Below, piece after piece: positions 16,722 to 22,296 of a stretch of 22,296 nt of DNA; position 1 is the first letter of the stretch; every line of letters begins with the position of its first letter. A model generated the notes under the pieces. It worked only from the letters and a program-made list of their open reading frames with translations. It did no database searches and was not told the origin of the DNA. A program made the translations under genes and the position numbers. Source of the stretch: Promethearchaeia archaeon (GTDB lineage: Archaea > Asgardarchaeota > Lokiarchaeia > Sigyniarchaeales > SOKP01); contig JAHQWL010000074.1 of the NCBI GenBank assembly GCA_029856155.1, forward strand, positions 1-22,296, in the 5' to 3' direction.

Positions 16722-17245
16722 CCCTCCTTTCCGATTTTATATTTGAATATTTGAATACAAGATTTATCACCATAAGCTCTGGATTCATTTACTTTATATG
16801 GTTCTAAAGTAATTGATGATGGATCAGATGATTGCTTGCTTATAAGGGATATAAATTCAGATATAAGTCCCAATAATATTTCACAGCCAGCAATTTCTAT
16901 ATCAGCATACTGATATTTGCATAATGCACATTTATAATCTTGAACCCTAATTTCTCTTTCTAATTCATTGATTTCTAAAGAGACTACGCTATTCAAGACT
17001 TTTTGATATATGGTTGTTATAACATCCTTGATATTATTTAATGTAACGTTATTTGTAGGGCTCCAATAGTTAATATAAGTTTTGGCAATATTTTGTCCCA
17101 TTCTTCTTAAATGTTCTTTTGAATTGCTTATTCCATTTTTCTCCATTAATCGTGTTAATATATAGACGGCATTTCTCATTTGATTCATTGTTGCGTCTGT
17201 TTCTATTAACTCTTTTCTTGAAAAATTCATATTTCTTTTTTCCAA
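16718..17245 (-). CDS. Bet3/TRAPP-V4R-fold protein
   Basis: LRRMGQNIA, DYKCALCK, GCEILLGLISE and ESRAYGDKSC. ATGA overlap with the downstream gene. Start TTG 17245 or ATG 17230. Confidence 0.7.
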   Translation of the reverse strand: MEKRNMNFSRKELIETDATMNQMRNAVYILTRLMEKNGISNSKEHLRRMGQNIAKTYINYWSPTNNVTLNNIKDVITTIYQKVLNSVVSLEINELEREIRVQDYKCALCKYQYADIEIAGCEILLGLISEFISLISKQSSDPSSITLEPYKVNESRAYGDKSCIQIFKYKIGKEG

Positions 17246-17440
17246 ACTGATATTAAATTAAATATTGAAAAAAATTCATTAAATAAAAAATTTTTATTTC
17301 AATACATAGATTATTTGTATGAAATTCAAATTTTATTTAAGTAGAAAAAAAATTACTTGTTAATCTCTTTTTTGAAATATACTAATAGAGAGAAAAAATA
17401 TTAAAAAACGGAAATGAATTTATACGTGGAAATGATTAAA

Positions 17441-17797
17441 CTACATTCTATCAACAATTTCTCTAATGACTTGTTCTCCAGCAGCTCCAACCATGATACC
17501 ATTTCGAACAAGTACCTGACCTTGAACTTCTATTGGATGATTTAAAAGTTCGCCATTATTGAAAAACAGAAGTGTAGGTATTGCTGTAACACCAAACTTT
17601 TCGCCAAGAGGTCTGTTTTGATCAAGATCTTCTTTTATTAGCTCAATCAATCCTTCCTCTTTTAATTTTTCTAATAATGGGCTTAAAAATCGACAGGGTC
17701 CGCACCATGTTGTATAAACATCTACGATAACTTTCCCCTGTTTCATATTTTCCGTAATTTCAATGCCAAATTCTTTTAGTTCATCAATATTCGTCAT
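17441..17797 (-). CDS. trxA: Thioredoxin
   Basis: WCGPC active site, AIPTLLFFNNG cis-Pro loop. Confidence 0.9.
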   Translation of the reverse strand: MTNIDELKEFGIEITENMKQGKVIVDVYTTWCGPCRFLSPLLEKLKEEGLIELIKEDLDQNRPLGEKFGVTAIPTLLFFNNGELLNHPIEVQGQVLVRNGIMVGAAGEQVIREIVDRM

Positions 17798-18038
17798 ATC
17801 ATCTCAATTTTTAAATTATTTGGTTTATAGTATGTTTTTTATATTATTGTAGGAATAAATATTTAATTCCTTTTATTAATTTCATTTACAATTTAAAAAC
17901 AATTTCTCTTAAAAAACAATAAGAAAACCCTAAAATAAAGAGGAACATTCCAAATTCAAAATATGGTTTTAAAAGAATTAATTTTAAAATCGACAATAAG
18001 TTATACTAAATAATATTAAGATAAACAGATTATTTGAA

Positions 18039-18542
18039 ATGGCAACTATAGATTTTGATTTCAGAAACCAAATTCTTGGTAATGAAATTGGCAATACATT
18101 AGCATATTGTTATCAATGTGCAACTTGTAGTGGTGCGTGTCCTGTAGCACAGGTTACTGAAGGTAGATATAACCCAAGACGCTTAATTTTAGATGCTTTA
18201 TTAGGGCTTAAAGAGAAAATTTTTGGTGCAGAAAATTCATTTAATATTTGGGGTTGTACAGTATGCGATACGTGTGATGAAGTCTGTCCTCAGAAGGTCG
18301 AGCTAACAGAAATTTTCACTATTCTAAAAAACATGAGTGTAGAGCGGGGTGAAGCTCCTACTTATTATACAGGTCAAGCATCGACTGTTATGGAACATGG
18401 AAAAGCTATCCCTATGCAACCCGCTATAGAAAGAAGACGTACACAATTAGGATTACCCTCGATTATGAGTCCTAATATAAATGAAATAAAAAAATTATTA
18501 GGAACGACAAAATTAAATGAAAAACTCCCTAAAATAGAATGA
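18039..18542 (+). CDS. hdrC: Heterodisulfide reductase subunit C-like 2x[4Fe-4S] protein
   Basis: CYQCATCSGACP and WGCTVCDTCDEVCPQ motifs, NPRR, RTQLGLP tail. Confidence 0.85.
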   Translation: MATIDFDFRNQILGNEIGNTLAYCYQCATCSGACPVAQVTEGRYNPRRLILDALLGLKEKIFGAENSFNIWGCTVCDTCDEVCPQKVELTEIFTILKNMSVERGEAPTYYTGQASTVMEHGKAIPMQPAIERRRTQLGLPSIMSPNINEIKKLLGTTKLNEKLPKIE

Positions 18543-18674
18543 TTTTTTCTTATTCCTTTTTACTGTAAATCGATTTATCAATTTTAGTTAGAATTTTATA
18601 GACTTATTCTATAATTGAATTATAATGAAAATTTATTCAATTTAAAATATAAAATATTTCAGAGGTAGAATATT

Positions 18675-19445
18675 TTGCGAAAACCCATTATTGGTGGTAA
18701 TTGGAAAATGAATCGAGGTACTCCCAATGAATCAAGAGAAATGTTTAAAAGTTTAATACCGTTAGTAGAAGACATTCATAATGTCGACATAGTAATTGCA
18801 GCACCTTTTACAGTTCTAGTTAATGCTTTCGAAATATTAAAGAATACAAATATAAAGTTAGGAGCACAAAACATGTATTTTGAAGATAAAGGAGCATATA
18901 CAGGAGAGATATCACCAATATTTTTAAAAGAAATTGGTGTTGAGTATGTCATTCTTGGTCATAGTGAAAGAAGGGATATATTTAAAGAATCAGATGCTTT
19001 AATTAATAAAAAACTTAAAAAGTCATTATCTGTAAATTTGAACCCTATAGTTTGTATAGGAGAACATTTAGAGGAAAGAGAAGCGGGAAAAACAAATGAA
19101 ATTATTGAATATCAAATTAATGAAACATTTAAAGATCTCACAAAAGAAGAGATGTTAAAAATTGTAATAGCTTATGAACCAATCTGGGCAATAGGAACGG
19201 GGATCACTGCCACTCCAGATCAAGCAGAAGAAATCCATATTTTCATACGTGAAAAATTAAGTAATAAATTTGATAGAGAGACTGCTGACTTAATAAGAAT
19301 ACAATATGGAGGATCAATTAAACCAAGTAATGCTGAAGATTTGTTTAATAAAAAGAATATCGATGGAGGATTAGTTGGGGGGGCTTCACTTCAAGCAGAT
19401 TCTTTATTTCAAATAATAAAGGCTGCTAATAAATCTTTTAAATAA
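18675..19445 (+). CDS. tpiA: Triosephosphate isomerase, bacterial/eukaryotic type
   Basis: GGNWKMN, GAYTGEISP, ILGHSERR, AYEPIWAIGTG, YGGSIKP, DGGLVGGASL. TTG start with SD GAGGT. Confidence 0.97.
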   Translation: MRKPIIGGNWKMNRGTPNESREMFKSLIPLVEDIHNVDIVIAAPFTVLVNAFEILKNTNIKLGAQNMYFEDKGAYTGEISPIFLKEIGVEYVILGHSERRDIFKESDALINKKLKKSLSVNLNPIVCIGEHLEEREAGKTNEIIEYQINETFKDLTKEEMLKIVIAYEPIWAIGTGITATPDQAEEIHIFIREKLSNKFDRETADLIRIQYGGSIKPSNAEDLFNKKNIDGGLVGGASLQADSLFQIIKAANKSFK

Positions 19446-19534
19446 TATCTCTTTTAAATGAAAAATCAATTAATTTTTTCTTCTTAAATGAAATCTAAAA
19501 TTTCTATAATCTTTTTTATATCATACTTAATATC

Positions 19535-20404
19535 TTAACCAAGAATTTTATTAAAAGCAGAAGTAAGCTTTGCAGGGAATTCACCAAAATAACTCTGGGG
19601 ATCAGCAAAAAGCAAATAAAAGAAGGGTTCAAATAAACTATTTTCAACTGTGGTACCAATATCCGATTTTATAATACATACTTGAATTGGCTCTTCGGAG
19701 AAAAATGACTGTCTATAAATCCATTCTAAAGGAGTTATTTCAGGAATATATCCAATATGTCTTAAAATATGGTAAGCATTCTCTAATGAATATTTTTTTC
19801 CAAAAGAGATAATAGGGGAAAGGTCAAATGAGGTTATGCAAATTCCCCATAAACCATAATCTTTCATATCACTTAAAAAATCATTTGCTAAGCGTTTAAT
19901 ATCAATTTTATGCGTTGCTATTATTTGTCGCGCATTTGAATCGGTTAAAATATCTACGATTTTATTTTCTTCACTCTTATGGATAGTATCAGCAGAATCA
20001 AGAGGAGTCTTAGAATTTATAAAATTATAATAGATGAGTTTAATCTTTTCTCTAACAGATTTATGTAGTAAAAAAGTTTCTGTTTGTGCTGTAATTAAAA
20101 CATCTCCTTGAAAATTTTTTCTTTTTTCTAAACTTTTAGCTGTCTGTCTTGCTTTTGTAGATTTAAACTCAAGTAATTCTATTTTTTTATCAATATTTCG
20201 AGCAAATTCAAATAATGCAGATATAAGTCCCGCGGTAAGGTCGAATTTTGAATTAAAATCTAATTGATCTTGAAGTGTAGGCATGTTTTTTGAAAAGTCA
20301 AAAAATCTAAGAAAAAGTTTTACCCCTTCTGGTACAGCTCTAATAATTCTGTTATAATAAGGGAATCCGGTAGTAGAAATAATACTGAGTTCATATATTG
20401 TCAT
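19535..20404 (-). CDS. Putative longin-like domain protein with a second profilin/roadblock-like domain
   Basis: ELSIISTTGFPYY...DLTAGLISALFEFAR..KIELLEF resembles a longin N-terminus; the second half (GLWGICITSFDLSPIISFG) resembles a roadblock-type start. Confidence 0.55.
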   Translation of the reverse strand: MTIYELSIISTTGFPYYNRIIRAVPEGVKLFLRFFDFSKNMPTLQDQLDFNSKFDLTAGLISALFEFARNIDKKIELLEFKSTKARQTAKSLEKRKNFQGDVLITAQTETFLLHKSVREKIKLIYYNFINSKTPLDSADTIHKSEENKIVDILTDSNARQIIATHKIDIKRLANDFLSDMKDYGLWGICITSFDLSPIISFGKKYSLENAYHILRHIGYIPEITPLEWIYRQSFFSEEPIQVCIIKSDIGTTVENSLFEPFFYLLFADPQSYFGEFPAKLTSAFNKILG

Positions 20405-20562
20405 TTGTTTTAAAACGATTTTTCTATTTGGAAATTAATTTGCGCTTTTTTTTTCAAATTTTAATATATTTAAATTAATAATAATTTAATTAATCTTAAG
20501 TTAATAAAATCATATAGAAATTGATTCTCTTACATAATTTGACATGTTTATATTATAAGAAA

Positions 20563-22296
20563 TTAAGAAATAATGATTGCTGGCTTACCTGGGAGTGCAT
20601 GAGTTGCTTTTTTTTCAGTTGAATCTTTTTCAAAATTAATATTTACTTTAGATTGGAATTTATTCTCGATTAGTGGTTTTATTTCATTAAAAAAATTATA
20701 CTCATCTTCGGATGGGATTGTAAATTTTTGATATTTTCCTATATTTTTCATTATTTTATTAACTGTATGACTAATATATTTTCCATGCATTTTTAATTCA
20801 ATATTTTGCATTAATTTTTTAATAATTTCTCCTTGGTTCTTAGTATCTTCCAATAATGACATTAGTTGATTATAGAACTTTAATTTCCACTGATCGGCAA
20901 TAATTATTGAGATTTTATCCAAAGTATCTTTTTTCATTGCTATTTTTATGTTATTAATATCAGCCAAGATATTATTTAGCAATTTCCATTTATAATCAGA
21001 TTCTTGAGTAAATAGTTTATCATCGTAGGAAGGCCATTTTGCTAAGCTTAAGTATCCTTTTCTACCACTCATTTCCCAAATTTCTTCTGTCATATGAGGA
21101 GCTATAGGGTGAAGTAATAAAACTAATTTTTCCTTACATTCTTCGAAAATCTCGTTAATAATCCCCTCATTTTTGTATTTTCCAAATTCTGATGAAAATT
21201 GTATCAAATTATTAACAGCATTCCTAATTGCGAGTTTCTTCATGTTTTCTGTTAATTCTTTAATTATTTTATTTAAATAGTACTGGATCAGTGTATCTCT
21301 TATTGTTGGATTCTCCTGTATATTTTTAGGAGGCTCAGTCAACAATGTAAAGATGTTTCTAATAAATTTATTAGCATAATCAACACCCTCTTCAGACCAT
21401 TCTAATCCCGATGATGGGCTTGCTCCAAATAAAATAAAAAATCTTGCTGCATCTGCTCCATATTTCTCAATTATATCTCCCGGATTTACAGTATTTCCAT
21501 AACTTTTGCTCATCTTTACTGATTTTAGAATAAGATCTATACTTCCACATTTTCTACACCTCATTTGATTTAAATCCGCTTTCATAAGGAAAGTATTACA
21601 GTTAGTGCAGAAGGGATGAGCTTTATTAATCATTCCTTGGGTGAGTAAAGATTGAAAAGGCTCATTAAATTTGTGAAGACCTAGATCTCGAGCTACTTTT
21701 GTGAAAAATCTAGCATAAATTAGATGCATAACTGCATGTTCTATACCTCCAATATACTGGTCGACATTACCCCAATAATTTACTTTAGCTTTAGCATAAG
21801 GAATATTTGATTCGGCAGATGGAGGATCACAATAAGCAAAAAAATACCAGGAACTATCTATAAAAGTATCCATTGTATCTGTTTCTCGTTTTGCCTTATT
21901 ACCACATTTAGGACATTGAGTATTAAGAAACCCTTCGCTTGTTTCTAATGGATTACCTGTCTTGGTAAATATAACGTCTTTTGGTAAATAAACAGGCAAG
22001 TCTTCATATGGTACTGGGAGCATACCACATTTTTCACAATATAAAACAGGAATTGGGCACCCCCAATAACGCTGACGTGAAATTCCCCAATCTCTTAGTT
22101 TATAATTTATCGTTCCAAATCCCATACTGATTTCTTCTAATTTTTCAGTTATTGTATTGATTGCAGATCGATTTTCCATACCATTGAATTCATCTGAATT
22201 TATGAGGATTCCATCGCTCTCATAGGCTCTTTTCATTTTGGTAACATTTAATTCATAATCATACGGTTGAATAACAATTTTAATGGGAATATTATA
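20563..22296 (-). CDS. leuS: Leucyl-tRNA synthetase (5'-truncated by window edge)
   Basis: LRDWGISRQRYWGCPIP, RETDTMDTFIDSSWY, YIGGIEHAVMHLIYARF and KMSKS. The frame is open to the window end (YNIPIKIVIQP...), so 22236 is not the true start. Confidence 0.95.
   Translation of the reverse strand, partial: YNIPIKIVIQPYDYELNVTKMKRAYESDGILINSDEFNGMENRSAINTITEKLEEISMGFGTINYKLRDWGISRQRYWGCPIPVLYCEKCGMLPVPYEDLPVYLPKDVIFTKTGNPLETSEGFLNTQCPKCGNKAKRETDTMDTFIDSSWYFFAYCDPPSAESNIPYAKAKVNYWGNVDQYIGGIEHAVMHLIYARFFTKVARDLGLHKFNEPFQSLLTQGMINKAHPFCTNCNTFLMKADLNQMRCRKCGSIDLILKSVKMSKSYGNTVNPGDIIEKYGADAARFFILFGASPSSGLEWSEEGVDYANKFIRNIFTLLTEPPKNIQENPTIRDTLIQYYLNKIIKELTENMKKLAIRNAVNNLIQFSSEFGKYKNEGIINEIFEECKEKLVLLLHPIAPHMTEEIWEMSGRKGYLSLAKWPSYDDKLFTQESDYKWKLLNNILADINNIKIAMKKDTLDKISIIIADQWKLKFYNQLMSLLEDTKNQGEIIKKLMQNIELKMHGKYISHTVNKIMKNIGKYQKFTIPSEDEYNFFNEIKPLIENKFQSKVNINFEKDSTEKKATHALPGKPAIIIS

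Noticed and set aside
18540-18590. Sec read-through of the hdrC TGA stop
   Set aside because: The protein is already complete, the TGA is followed by an oligo-T tract, there is no Cys-like context and no SECIS-like hairpin.
22234-22236. ATG 22236 as LeuRS start
   Set aside because: The frame continues to the window edge, and the HIGH motif and most of the editing domain lie outside the window.
1-22296. CRISPR array, rRNA, IS elements, box C/D sRNAs
   Set aside because: No regularly spaced repeats, long GC-rich structured tracts, transposase ORFs or paired RUGAUGA/CUGA boxes were seen in intergenic regions by eye.

Overview
Very AT-rich archaeal chromosomal window. The gene content (ribophorin-I/OST1 homolog, Sec61-beta, roadblock/LC7, Bet3/V4R-fold and longin-like proteins, type II MetAP, HdrC) points to an Asgard archaeon, most likely Lokiarchaeia; this is inferred from family recognition, not a database search. 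It holds about 20 protein genes, including two edge-truncated ones (a peptide ABC solute-binding protein and LeuRS). It also holds a tRNA-Gln(UUG) gene missed by the ORF track, with two non-canonical introns (D-loop and T-loop) and C instead of the near-invariant U33. The left half is a membrane-protein biogenesis and N-glycosylation neighbourhood (Sec61-beta, RPN1-like, Alg7/AglH, M48 protease, UbiA-family transferase). Within it is a small single-pass membrane ORF ending C-F-TGA whose frame stays open for 41 more codons, followed by a weak SECIS-like hairpin (speculative selenoprotein). The right half has a roadblock/Bet3-V4R/longin cluster of eukaryotic-signature proteins, a bacterial-type TPI and a chimeric LeuRS. 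No mobile element, CRISPR array or rRNA was seen.
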